Shown: piece by piece, positions 10,339 to 19,245 of the stretch
Numbering within the stretch: position 1 is the stretch's first letter
Layout of the letters: each line of letters opens with the position of its first letter
Assembly (NCBI GenBank): GCA_015258765.1
Contig: JABZHQ010000001.1
Coordinates: forward strand, 26,820 to 90,819
Reading direction: 5' to 3'
DNA: 64,000 nt
Source: Atopobium sp.
GTDB lineage: Bacteria; Actinomycetota; Coriobacteriia; Coriobacteriales; Atopobiaceae
Program-made: the position numbers and the translations under genes
Notes under the pieces: model-generated
Database searches by the model: none
Seen by the model: the letters and a program-made list of their open reading frames with translations, nothing else
Told to the model about the DNA's origin: nothing

Positions 10339-11160
10339 ATGGCTACAACAACTGAAGAGCAGCCAATTATCTTCCTCGATGACATTTCGGTTACGTTTAA
10401 AACACGTACGGGTTCAATCTTTAAGCCTAATAAGGTTCACGCAGTACAGAATGTTTCTCTCAAGCTTATGCCTGGTGAGACCATTGGTATTGTTGGTGAG
10501 TCTGGCTGCGGAAAGTCCACTACTGCAAATGTCATGTGTGGCCTTCAGTCACCAACGTCCGGTCATGTGTACTTCAAGGGAATGGATGTTACCAAGCGTA
10601 CTCCAGAGCTTAGAAAGCAGATTGGCCGCGTTGTCTCTGTTGTCTTCCAGGACCCAGCAACTGCTCTTAACCCTCGTATGATTGTTAAAGACCAGCTCAT
10701 GGATCCGCTGCTGGTACATAAGGTAGGAACAGAGGCGGAGCGAGAAGCCCGTATTAATGAGCTTGTCGGTTTGGTAGGACTTCCACATTCCGCACTTCGC
10801 GCCCTTCCTGGTCAGCTCTCTGGTGGTCAGCGTCAGCGTGTTGCAATTGCACGTGCGCTTTCTCTGAACCCATCGGCAATCATTGCTGACGAGCCTACTT
10901 CCGCACTGGACGTTTCTGTTCGCGCACAGATCTTGAACCTGCTCACCGACCTCAAGTCTGAGCTGGGTCTCTCGATGATTTTTATTTCGCACGATATTCA
11001 GACTGTCCGCTATGTTTCTGACCGCATCATTGTTATGAACCACGGCCAGATCATGGAAGATGGTCCTGCTAAGCAGGTCTTTGAGCATCCAACAGATCCT
11101 TACACTAAGACGCTTTTGGGTGCTGCGCCATCTTTGCTTCATCCTAAACTGGGTGAGTAG
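10339..11160 (+). CDS. ABC transporter ATP-binding protein (OppF/DppF-like)
   Basis: 273 aa; 'GESGCGKST', 'LSGGQRQRVAIARAL', 'IIADEPTSALD'; start overlaps preceding stop. Confidence 0.9.
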   Translation: MATTTEEQPIIFLDDISVTFKTRTGSIFKPNKVHAVQNVSLKLMPGETIGIVGESGCGKSTTANVMCGLQSPTSGHVYFKGMDVTKRTPELRKQIGRVVSVVFQDPATALNPRMIVKDQLMDPLLVHKVGTEAEREARINELVGLVGLPHSALRALPGQLSGGQRQRVAIARALSLNPSAIIADEPTSALDVSVRAQILNLLTDLKSELGLSMIFISHDIQTVRYVSDRIIVMNHGQIMEDGPAKQVFEHPTDPYTKTLLGAAPSLLHPKLGE

Positions 11161-11181
11161 CGCTTACGTTTTTGTTTGACC

Positions 11182-11210
11182 AGAGCGCAGCTTAGGCTGC
11201 GCTCTTTTAG
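11182..11210 (+). terminator. Rho-independent terminator after ABC operon
   Basis: AGAGCGCAGC-TTAGG-CTGCGCTCT hairpin followed by TTTTAG. Confidence 0.55.
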
Positions 11211-11226
11211 CTTGTTAGGTGGATCA

Positions 11227-12267
11227 ATGCACCAAGAAACGCTTGAGCTTGCAGAATTGAAGGCAGCTCATGCTCTGACGCCTTATCCTTCAGATTTTGA
11301 GGCGTTTTGGAAGGCACGTATGGAGGAAGCGGATAACGCTCCTCTCAGCTGGCAGATTGTACCTTCAACAGAAGTCACATCATCTGCTGCAGCTCTCTTT
11401 TTTGATTTGACGTTTGTGGGAATTGATGGCGCGGAAGTCTACGCAAAGTATCTGCGACCACAGACTGCCCCGGGCGTACAAACTCCGCTTGTTCTACAGT
11501 TCCATGGCTATCCAGGGGCTTCTCGCAGTTGGTTTGAGCAGAGCTCATTTCTAGGCTTGGGCTGCTCGCTCATTGCGCTTGATAACCCTGGGCAGGGTGG
11601 CCGTAGTTTGGACGGCAGCTCATATAAGAGCACTACCGTTTCTGGTCATTTGGTGCTTGGACTGGACGGACCAGTAGAGGATCTTTACTTTGTGCACTTG
11701 TATCAGAACATTCGCTTGCTCTGCAGAATTGTTCGCCAGCTTGAAGGTATTGATACAGGCCGCGTTTTTGTAAACGGCGCATCGCAGGGCGGCGGCATTG
11801 GTCTTGCTACCTGCGCACTTAACCCAGACCTTATTAACAGAGCAGCAATTCTTTATCCCTTCCTTACCGATTTTAGGTGCGTATGGGAGCTTAATGCTGA
11901 CGAGGTTGCCTACGAGGGAATTCGCTATTATTCCCGCTGGTTTGATTCAGACAGTTCTCGCGTTGATGAGGTCTTTGCAAAGCTTGCCTACATTGATTCA
12001 GCCAATTTTGCACGTTTGGTTACCTGTCCTGTGCTTTTTGGTACTGGACTTGATGATCCGGTTGTTCCACCAGAGGCTCAGTTTGCTGCCTACAATGCTC
12101 TGACCTGCCCAAAGAGACATTTGTTGTACCCTGGCTATGCGCATGAAGAGATTGGTGGTTTTGACGATAAGATCATTGATTTCTTCTGCTCAGAAAATGG
12201 AGAGCAAGCTCTTGAAGAGTTGGACTCGTCATTTCCTACTCAAGCAGAAGGCGAGGTGAAAGCATGA
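11227..12267 (+). CDS. CE7-family acetyl esterase (acetyl xylan esterase/cephalosporin-C deacetylase-like)
   Basis: 'FVNGASQGGGIGLA' GxSQG nucleophile motif, 'LFGTGLDDPVVPP' and 'YPGYAHEEIGG' catalytic Asp/His context; start placed at ATG 11227 after terminator hairpin (track ORF begins at 11176). Confidence 0.75.
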   Translation: MHQETLELAELKAAHALTPYPSDFEAFWKARMEEADNAPLSWQIVPSTEVTSSAAALFFDLTFVGIDGAEVYAKYLRPQTAPGVQTPLVLQFHGYPGASRSWFEQSSFLGLGCSLIALDNPGQGGRSLDGSSYKSTTVSGHLVLGLDGPVEDLYFVHLYQNIRLLCRIVRQLEGIDTGRVFVNGASQGGGIGLATCALNPDLINRAAILYPFLTDFRCVWELNADEVAYEGIRYYSRWFDSDSSRVDEVFAKLAYIDSANFARLVTCPVLFGTGLDDPVVPPEAQFAAYNALTCPKRHLLYPGYAHEEIGGFDDKIIDFFCSENGEQALEELDSSFPTQAEGEVKA

Positions 12268-13250
12268 GAGGCTTAACACAAAGGCTTGAAGATGCCCGTT
12301 CTTATCGCGGTGCGTGGCTTAGACCATCAAACTTTGAATCATTTTGGGAGACGTCCGTAGCGTTTGCACAAAATGCGCAGGTAAAGAGTGTGGTTGAGCT
12401 TCCGTCCGCTACCCAGACCGCAACGTTTAAGCGCATCACATTCACCTCAACTGACCAGACGCAGCTGCGTGCTCGCGTCATCCTTCCAGCAGGTGTGTCG
12501 GTGGCAGAACCGCTAGCTGCGGCAGAGCTGTCCGCTTCGGCAGAGCTGTCCGTCTCGGCAAAGCTGCCCGCGGTGGTGCTCTTCTCCGATCTTGGTCGGG
12601 GAGTGCGTAGCTGGCTGCACCTATTGCGTTTCTCGGCGCTTGGCATGCCTGTTGTAGCCCTAGAAGCTCGCCCGTGCGAAGCGTCACTCAAAGACGCTTG
12701 GAGGGGAGCGTTGACCGCAGAAGAGCTTGCTGGCGCGCTCATCAGCCCAGATGACGCCGCATCCTCCACGCTCAAGCAGCTCATCGATGACGCATTGGTA
12801 ACTACCGCGGTTGCATCGCGCTTCCTCGGGCGCACAATCGTCACCTGGGGAGAAGGTCTAGGCGGCTCGCAAGCATTGTTTACGGCGGCGCTTCTGCCCA
12901 AGGCAGTGAGCGCTACCATGGCGCTGAATCCGCTCTTTGCCGACAACGCAACAACCCTGCGCGCACATGTTGGGTGCGGAGACACTCCGCAGTCAGATGT
13001 AGCTATCGACACAGTTGGTCTTCTCGACAGCGCGTGCGCGGCCGAGCTGGTGCGAGTGCCCGCGCTTATCGGAACGGCCCTGCTGGACCAGAGTGCACCA
13101 ACTGAGGGAACGTTTGCGCTGTACAATCGCCTGCCGGGGCAGAAAGAGATGCGTGTGTACCCCAAGTTTGGACACGAGCGCATCAATCAGTTTGAGAACG
13201 AGCAAATCAACTATCTCTGCGAGGTTATATCAGGACTTTGTCATAACTAA
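12264..13250 (+). CDS. Divergent CE7-like esterase paralog with internal AELSxSA tandem repeat
   Basis: 328 aa; ATGA start/stop overlap with upstream esterase; 'TWGEGLGGSQALF', 'LIGTALLDQSAP', 'YPKFGHERI' align to CE7 catalytic positions; contains 'AAAELSASAELSVSAKL' repeat. Confidence 0.65.
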   Translation: MRGLTQRLEDARSYRGAWLRPSNFESFWETSVAFAQNAQVKSVVELPSATQTATFKRITFTSTDQTQLRARVILPAGVSVAEPLAAAELSASAELSVSAKLPAVVLFSDLGRGVRSWLHLLRFSALGMPVVALEARPCEASLKDAWRGALTAEELAGALISPDDAASSTLKQLIDDALVTTAVASRFLGRTIVTWGEGLGGSQALFTAALLPKAVSATMALNPLFADNATTLRAHVGCGDTPQSDVAIDTVGLLDSACAAELVRVPALIGTALLDQSAPTEGTFALYNRLPGQKEMRVYPKFGHERINQFENEQINYLCEVISGLCHN

Positions 13251-13367
13251 GCGGACTATAATTACGTAGGTTCTTTGAAGTTGCTTTTGATCAATGCTTT
13301 GGTCGGCCATTTCAGTACATTGTTGTATGAAACCAGTTGGATTTTCCAACGTGTGAAAGGATAAAGC

Positions 13368-14291
13368 ATGTCCAGTAACGTACCATTTAGCGGTGTTGTT
13401 CCACCAGTTGTAACCCCAGATACCCCAGATCATCAGCTTGATGTTGTGTCGTTTGAGCGCTCCATTAACCGTCTCATTGAGGCTGGCGTAGACGGCCTGT
13501 TCTTCCTTGGCTCTTCTGGCGAGGTTGTCTTTGCAACTGATGAGCGTCGTGATCAGATTGTTCGCGAGGCTGTCCGCATTGTTGACCACCGCGTTCCGGT
13601 CCTTGTGGGCATCATTGATACCGAGACCGAGCGCGTCCTGGAGCATGGTCGCCGTGCCCTCGCACTGGGTGCAGATGCTCTTGTAGCAACCGCTCCTTTC
13701 TACGCACTTGGTGGCCCAGCTGATATTGAGGAGCATTTCCGCATCCTTCACCAGGAGCTGGACGCACCTCTGTTTGCATACGATATTCCTGTCTGCGTTC
13801 CCACTAAGCTTCCTTGGAAGATGCTTGCTCGCCTGGGTGCAGAGGGCGTTCTTGCAGGCGTTAAAGACTCTTCTGGCGATGACGTTTCCTTCAGGTATCT
13901 TGTTCAGGAGAACGAGAAGAACGGTCACCCTCTGACTCTGCTGACTGGTCACGAGATTGTTGTTGACGGCGCTCTTCTTTCTGGTGCAGACGGTTCTGTT
14001 CCTGGTCTTGCTAATGTTGAGCCAGAGGGATACGTCCGCATGTGGAAGGCAGCTCAGGAAGGTAACTGGGCAGAGGTCAAGCGTGAGCAGGACCGACTTA
14101 ACGAGATCTCCCACATCTTTGATGTCACTTCAGGCGTTCAGGGCTATGGTGCTGGCGTTGGCGCATTCAAGTGCGCACTTAACCTCATGGGCATCTTTGA
14201 TTCTGACCAGATGCCTCGTCCTGTTAAGCCACTTGATGGCCAGAACCGTGAGGCAATCAAGCAGGTTCTTATTGCAAACGGCCTTCTCTAA
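13368..14291 (+). CDS. nanA: DapA-family aldolase; N-acetylneuraminate lyase candidate (NanA)
   Basis: 307 aa; 'FFLGSSGEVVFATDERR' DHDPS/NAL-family motif; assignment to NanA rests on adjacency to ROK kinase and ManNAc-6P epimerase. Confidence 0.65.
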   Translation: MSSNVPFSGVVPPVVTPDTPDHQLDVVSFERSINRLIEAGVDGLFFLGSSGEVVFATDERRDQIVREAVRIVDHRVPVLVGIIDTETERVLEHGRRALALGADALVATAPFYALGGPADIEEHFRILHQELDAPLFAYDIPVCVPTKLPWKMLARLGAEGVLAGVKDSSGDDVSFRYLVQENEKNGHPLTLLTGHEIVVDGALLSGADGSVPGLANVEPEGYVRMWKAAQEGNWAEVKREQDRLNEISHIFDVTSGVQGYGAGVGAFKCALNLMGIFDSDQMPRPVKPLDGQNREAIKQVLIANGLL

Positions 14292-14306
14292 ACAAGAGGG
14301 GACACC

Positions 14307-15296
14307 ATGGACTCTAAGTTTGTTTCTCCAACACATGTTTGCGCCGTTGATATTGGCGGCACAAAAATCGCCTGTGGCATAGTCACTCTTAACGGCACCG
14401 ACGCTCCAAACGTTCAGTCCGTAAAGAAGGTTCCTACCAACGCAAAAGAGGGTGGCAAGCAAGTTCTTGCTACCGTTCTGCAGGCAATTAGGGAGGCTCT
14501 TGCTCGCGCGCAAGAGCTGGGCCTTACCATCTCTGGCGTGGGCATTTCTTCTGCTGGCGTTGTTGATCCTCGTACCGGAGACATCACCTACGCAAACGAG
14601 CTTATGCCCGGCTGGGGCGGAACCGCTCTTGGCTCTGCAGTTACCAGTGAGTTTGGCCTTCCGTGCAGCGTTCTTAATGACGTTCATGCTCACGCTCTGG
14701 GCGAGGCTCGTCACGGTGCTGGCCACGGCAAAGATAGCGTTTTAACCGTAGCGGTTGGCACGGGTATTGGTGGCGCTTTTGTGAACCACGGCATTTTGAT
14801 GCTGGGCGCTCACGATGAGGCTGGCCACATTGGTCACGTTGCAACTCCAGCCGCTGCAGGCGTTGATTGCCCTTGTGGTGGAACTTCTCACCTTGAGCCT
14901 GTTTCTGCAGGTCCTGGCATTATTCGTGAGTATGTCCGTCTTGGCGGCTCCGATACGCTTGAAGATGGATCCGCTCTTGATGGCGCAGAGATTGACCGTA
15001 GGGCTCTTGCTGGCGAGAAAATCGCTCAAGCTGCAGAGGAGCGCTCAGGCCGTGCACTTGGTGAGGTTTTGGGCAGCATGTGCAATATGCTTGACCCCTC
15101 TGTCATCATTCTGTCTGGCTCCGTTGCAGAGTGTGGCAAGTACTGGCATGAGGCACTTGAAGCTGCATTTAAGTTGCAGGCCATGCCTCCTGTTCAGGCA
15201 ACGCCTATTGTGAAGGGCACGCTTGGCGGAGAAGCCCCTCTTATTGGAGCTGCAGAAAACCTTGTTCTACCTGGCTATTTAGAGACGCGTCTTTAG
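14307..15296 (+). CDS. nanK: ROK-family sugar kinase; N-acetylmannosamine kinase candidate (NanK)
   Basis: 329 aa; N-terminal 'CAVDIGGTKIACGIV' ATP-binding motif, ROK Zn motif 'CPCGGTSHLE'; no N-terminal HTH so kinase rather than repressor. Confidence 0.7.
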   Translation: MDSKFVSPTHVCAVDIGGTKIACGIVTLNGTDAPNVQSVKKVPTNAKEGGKQVLATVLQAIREALARAQELGLTISGVGISSAGVVDPRTGDITYANELMPGWGGTALGSAVTSEFGLPCSVLNDVHAHALGEARHGAGHGKDSVLTVAVGTGIGGAFVNHGILMLGAHDEAGHIGHVATPAAAGVDCPCGGTSHLEPVSAGPGIIREYVRLGGSDTLEDGSALDGAEIDRRALAGEKIAQAAEERSGRALGEVLGSMCNMLDPSVIILSGSVAECGKYWHEALEAAFKLQAMPPVQATPIVKGTLGGEAPLIGAAENLVLPGYLETRL

Positions 15297-15403
15297 GCAA
15301 GAGGCGCCAAGTCACAAAAAAGCTTGCTGACTTGGCTTGCTGATCTAGCACGCAGTAAAGACACACACCTTTAACGTACGTACATTCTTGTGAGGAGAAT
15401 ACC

Positions 15404-16093
15404 GTGGCATATTCAGAGCTTGTTGAGTCACTTAAAGGAAAACTCATTGTCAGCGTCCAGGCATATCCTGGTGAGCCTATGAGGCATCCAGAGACCATGG
15501 CTCAGATTGCTCGCGCTTGTGAGCTTGGCGGTGCTGCCGCTATTAGGTGCCAGGGTTTGTCTGACATCTCTGCCATTAAGGGTAGGGTTGAAATTCCTGT
15601 TATTGGCCTTTGGAAAGAGGGTCATGAAGGCGTCTACATTACTCCTACGCTTCGCCATGCGCGTGCTTGTATTCACGCTGGCGCAGATGTTGTTGCCCTG
15701 GATGCAACAGACCGTTCAAGGCCAGATGGTAGAACCTTTGAAGAGACCGTTGCAGCTCTGCGCGCAGAGTCTGACGTACTGATTATGGCTGACTGCATGA
15801 CTATGGATGATATCCGTCGTGCTGTTGCTGCTGGTTGTGACCTTGTTTCAACTACGCTTTCTCACAATAAGGCTGCTATTGATACAACGCTTGATGATGG
15901 TCCTGACATTGCCCTTCTCAAGCAGGCAACTACTGAGTTCCCAGGTATTGCTATCATTTGCGAAGGCCACGTGCACACGCCACAAGACGCAAAAGATGCT
16001 CTTGATGCAGGAGCTTGGGCAGTTGTTTCAGGTACTGCCATTACGCACCCGACTTCAATTACCTCTTGGTTTGCAGCAGCACTTGAGGATTAA
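15404..16093 (+). CDS. nanE: N-acetylmannosamine-6-phosphate 2-epimerase (NanE)
   Basis: 229 aa; 'KLIVSVQAYPGEPM...ETMAQIARACELGGAAAIRCQG' characteristic of NanE family. Confidence 0.8.
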   Translation: MAYSELVESLKGKLIVSVQAYPGEPMRHPETMAQIARACELGGAAAIRCQGLSDISAIKGRVEIPVIGLWKEGHEGVYITPTLRHARACIHAGADVVALDATDRSRPDGRTFEETVAALRAESDVLIMADCMTMDDIRRAVAAGCDLVSTTLSHNKAAIDTTLDDGPDIALLKQATTEFPGIAIICEGHVHTPQDAKDALDAGAWAVVSGTAITHPTSITSWFAAALED

Positions 16094-16139
16094 CGCTTGG
16101 AGCGGTAAGGTTTTCTCGTCACGTATTTAAGGAGCGCCT

Positions 16140-17057
16140 GTGAAGAAAAACGATCCTACATCTTCAGTTATTCCCGACATTGTCATTATTACGGGTATGT
16201 CTGGATCGGGTCGCACGCAGGCGCTTCATGTGTTTGAGGATATGGGTTATTTCTGTATTGATAACCTGCCACCAGCTCTTATTTTGCAGCTTTCTAACCT
16301 TGTGGGCATTAACACAGGTGTTGGCCGCCACTTGGCCGTTACCTGCGATTTGCGCTCACAAGGTCTTTTTGATGACATCTCTGAAGCTCTGAAGTCTCTT
16401 GCAGATCACGAGCTCACCTACAAGATTGTCTATCTGGACTCCTCAGACGAAGTGCTTATGCGTCGCTATAGCGAGAATCGCCGTCGTCATCCTTTAGCGC
16501 AGGAGGGAGAACATCTCTCATCTGCAATTTCTAAGGAGCGCGCACAGCTTCAAGACATAAAAGCACTGGCAGATGTTGTTCTAGACACCTCGTCCATGCG
16601 TACTAATACGTTAAAGAGTCGCCTTCGTCGCACATTTTCAGAGCTTGCTGAACAGCAGCTTATGGATGTTAGCGTGTTTTCCTTTGGCTTCAAAAATGGT
16701 TTGCCCGTTGAGGCTGATCTTATGATTGACGTGCGCTTCCTGCCCAATCCTTACTATGATCCAGAGCTCAGACCACTTACCGGTCTTGATGAGCCAGTAG
16801 CTCAGTTTGTCCTTCAGCATGGCACTACTAAGAAATTCCTCAAGTCTTGGTTTGAGCTGCTTGATGTAGTAATGCCTGGCTATGTGCAGGAAGGCAAGAG
16901 TTTGCTCTCTATTGCGGTAGGTTGTACAGGCGGCCAGCATAGAAGTGTTGCAATCGCACGTGCTACGGCAGAGCATCTTACTAGCCAGGGCTATCGCGTA
17001 ACGCTGTTCCATCGCGATCTTGATGCGGCTCAGAAGAAGTCTCAGCAGGCTGAGTAG
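16140..17057 (+). CDS. rapZ: RNase adapter protein RapZ (YvcJ)
   Basis: 305 aa; GTG start after AAGGAG RBS; P-loop 'ITGMSGSGRT'; C-terminal 'GCTGGQHRS' motif. Confidence 0.88.
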   Translation: MKKNDPTSSVIPDIVIITGMSGSGRTQALHVFEDMGYFCIDNLPPALILQLSNLVGINTGVGRHLAVTCDLRSQGLFDDISEALKSLADHELTYKIVYLDSSDEVLMRRYSENRRRHPLAQEGEHLSSAISKERAQLQDIKALADVVLDTSSMRTNTLKSRLRRTFSELAEQQLMDVSVFSFGFKNGLPVEADLMIDVRFLPNPYYDPELRPLTGLDEPVAQFVLQHGTTKKFLKSWFELLDVVMPGYVQEGKSLLSIAVGCTGGQHRSVAIARATAEHLTSQGYRVTLFHRDLDAAQKKSQQAE

Positions 17058-17070
17058 AAGTTAGTCTGTC

Positions 17071-18039
17071 ATGTCCTATACTGCCTTGGTAAAAAATGAG
17101 CTGGTCAGCGTACCAGAAATTCAGACGGACTGTGAATTAGCCCAGCTTTCTGCTCTTATTCGTGTTTCCGGAACGTTGTCGATGCACGGTCCTGGTAAAT
17201 TTGCCGTTCGCATTGTTACCGAGACAGGCACGGTTGCCCGTACGGTTATTAGCTCTTCTCGCCGTTTGTTTGATCTAGGTACTTCTGTTGAGTACCGTCG
17301 CTCTATCATGCATAAAAAACGCAACTATTTGCTTGAGATTTCTAACCAGGATTCGCTTGCAGAAGCACTTTCCGCTCTTGGTATTTATATACCGGGAGAA
17401 GGCCTGGTAAGCGGCATTCCTAAAAGCGTTATCCGCACCAAGCAAGCGCAGCGAGCTTTTTTGCGCGGAGCGTTTATGGCGGGCGGATTTTTGGCCGATC
17501 CCTTAAAAGATTTTCACTTAGAGATTGCTGTCTCGGGAGAAAGATTTGCCACTGAGCTGGTAAAACTTATGGGATCCATTGGTGTAAAGGCGCGTCTTAA
17601 TCATCGTAATCGCCATACCAATGCGCTCATGCGCACCAGAGAAATTTATGCCGTCTACCTTAAGAGCTCTGACGACATCATCAAGTTTTTGCGAGAGATT
17701 GGTGCGCCTACTATGGCGCGCGCTATTGCGTTTACGCGTGTGCAAAAGCATTATCGCAACAACGTCAATCGAGTTGTTAACGCAGAGATGGCAAATCAAA
17801 CACGCTCTTCAAATGCAGCGGCAGACCAGTTAGCGCTCATAGAAAAGGCCGAGAAACTCATTGGCCTCAGAGCTCTGCCACCAGCGGTTAGAGATTTTTG
17901 TCTTGCACGAAAAGATAACCCTGAGCTGTCATTATCAGCGCTGGGGGAGTCGTTTGTACCGCCCGTATCCAAGTCCGCTATGTATCACCGATTGCTTCGT
18001 TTGGAAAAAATCGTTCAGGATTTAGAAAAAGATGCATAA
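17071..18039 (+). CDS. whiA: Sporulation/cell-division transcription regulator WhiA
   Basis: 322 aa; LAGLIDADG-like N-terminal domain and C-terminal HTH; canonical position after rapZ. Confidence 0.85.
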   Translation: MSYTALVKNELVSVPEIQTDCELAQLSALIRVSGTLSMHGPGKFAVRIVTETGTVARTVISSSRRLFDLGTSVEYRRSIMHKKRNYLLEISNQDSLAEALSALGIYIPGEGLVSGIPKSVIRTKQAQRAFLRGAFMAGGFLADPLKDFHLEIAVSGERFATELVKLMGSIGVKARLNHRNRHTNALMRTREIYAVYLKSSDDIIKFLREIGAPTMARAIAFTRVQKHYRNNVNRVVNAEMANQTRSSNAAADQLALIEKAEKLIGLRALPPAVRDFCLARKDNPELSLSALGESFVPPVSKSAMYHRLLRLEKIVQDLEKDA

Positions 18040-18131
18040 GTTATCGGCGAGTGCGGTAAAATACTCGGTGTACGGTTTAAATGTTAATGAATCCGGAGAA
18101 TGGCTCTGGGTCACCGAAAGGAGCATTACGT

Positions 18132-19157
18132 ATGGCAGTAAAGGTTGCTATTAACGGTTTTGGCCGCATTGGTCGCCTTGCGTTTAGGCAGATGTTTGGT
18201 CACGAGGGTTCCGAGATTGTTGCAATCAACGACCTTACTTCTCCAGAGATGCTTGCATATCTTCTGAAGTATGACTCTACTCAGGGCAACTATTCCCGCG
18301 ATCACAAGGTAGAGGCAACTGACCACTCCATCATCGTTGACGGTCACGAGATTGTTATTTACAAGGAGGCAGACGCTAACAACCTGCCTTGGGGCGATCT
18401 CAACGTTGACGTTGTTCTTGAGTGCACCGGTTTCTACACTTCTAAGGACAAGGCACAGGCTCACATCAACGCTGGTGCTAAGAAGGTTGTCATTTCTGCT
18501 CCTGCAGGCAATGACCTCCCAACCATCGTCTTCAACGTTAACCACGAGACCCTCACTGCAGATGACAACATCATCTCCGCAGCTTCCTGCACCACCAACT
18601 GCCTTGCTCCTATGGCAAAGGGCCTCAACGACTTCGCAACTATCAAGTCCGGTATCATGACCACCATTCACGCATACACTGGTGACCAGATGATCCTCGA
18701 CGGCCCACAGCGCAAGGGTAACTTCCGTCGTTCCCGTGCTGGTGCAGAGAACATCGTTCCTAACTCCACTGGTGCTGCTAAGGCTATCGGCCTTGTTCTT
18801 CCTGAGCTCAACGGCAAGCTTATTGGTGCTGCTCAGCGCGTTCCTACGCCAACTGGCTCCCTCACCAACCTCTATGCTGTTGTTGACAAGAAGGTCACCG
18901 TTGACGAGGTCAACGCTGCAATGAAGGCATATGCAGAGACCATCCCAGAGACCTTTGGCTACAACGAGGATGACATTGTTTCCCGCGACATCGTCGGCGA
19001 GACCCACGGCTCCATCTTCGACGCAACTCAGACCATGTGCTCTGACCTTGGCGATGGCACCACTCTTGTTCAGGTCACCTCTTGGTACGACAACGAGAAC
19101 TCCTACACTTCCCAGATGGTCCGCACCATCAAGTACTTCGAGAAGTTCGTTGCTTAA
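18132..19157 (+). CDS. gap: Glyceraldehyde-3-phosphate dehydrogenase
   Basis: '[15 protein letters not shown]' Rossmann start, '[10 protein letters not shown]' active-site Cys motif; AAGGAG RBS upstream of ATG 18132 (track ORF starts earlier at 18081). Confidence 0.93.
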   Translation: MAVKVAINGFGRIGRLAFRQMFGHEGSEIVAINDLTSPEMLAYLLKYDSTQGNYSRDHKVEATDHSIIVDGHEIVIYKEADANNLPWGDLNVDVVLECTGFYTSKDKAQAHINAGAKKVVISAPAGNDLPTIVFNVNHETLTADDNIISAASCTTNCLAPMAKGLNDFATIKSGIMTTIHAYTGDQMILDGPQRKGNFRRSRAGAENIVPNSTGAAKAIGLVLPELNGKLIGAAQRVPTPTGSLTNLYAVVDKKVTVDEVNAAMKAYAETIPETFGYNEDDIVSRDIVGETHGSIFDATQTMCSDLGDGTTLVQVTSWYDNENSYTSQMVRTIKYFEKFVA

Positions 19158-19245
19158 GTTCTAGTTACATAGACGCCTTAGGCGCGGTCGCAGCATCTGC
19201 CGCGATCGCGCCTTCTTTTGTTGGAAACGTATTTAAAGGAGTGAC

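Noticed and set aside
12302-13186. 294-aa minus-strand ORF
   Set aside because: Antisense to the second CE7 esterase gene; Ser/Ala/Arg-rich low-complexity product.
18126-19007. 293-aa minus-strand ORF
   Set aside because: Antisense to gap, which has unmistakable GAPDH motifs.
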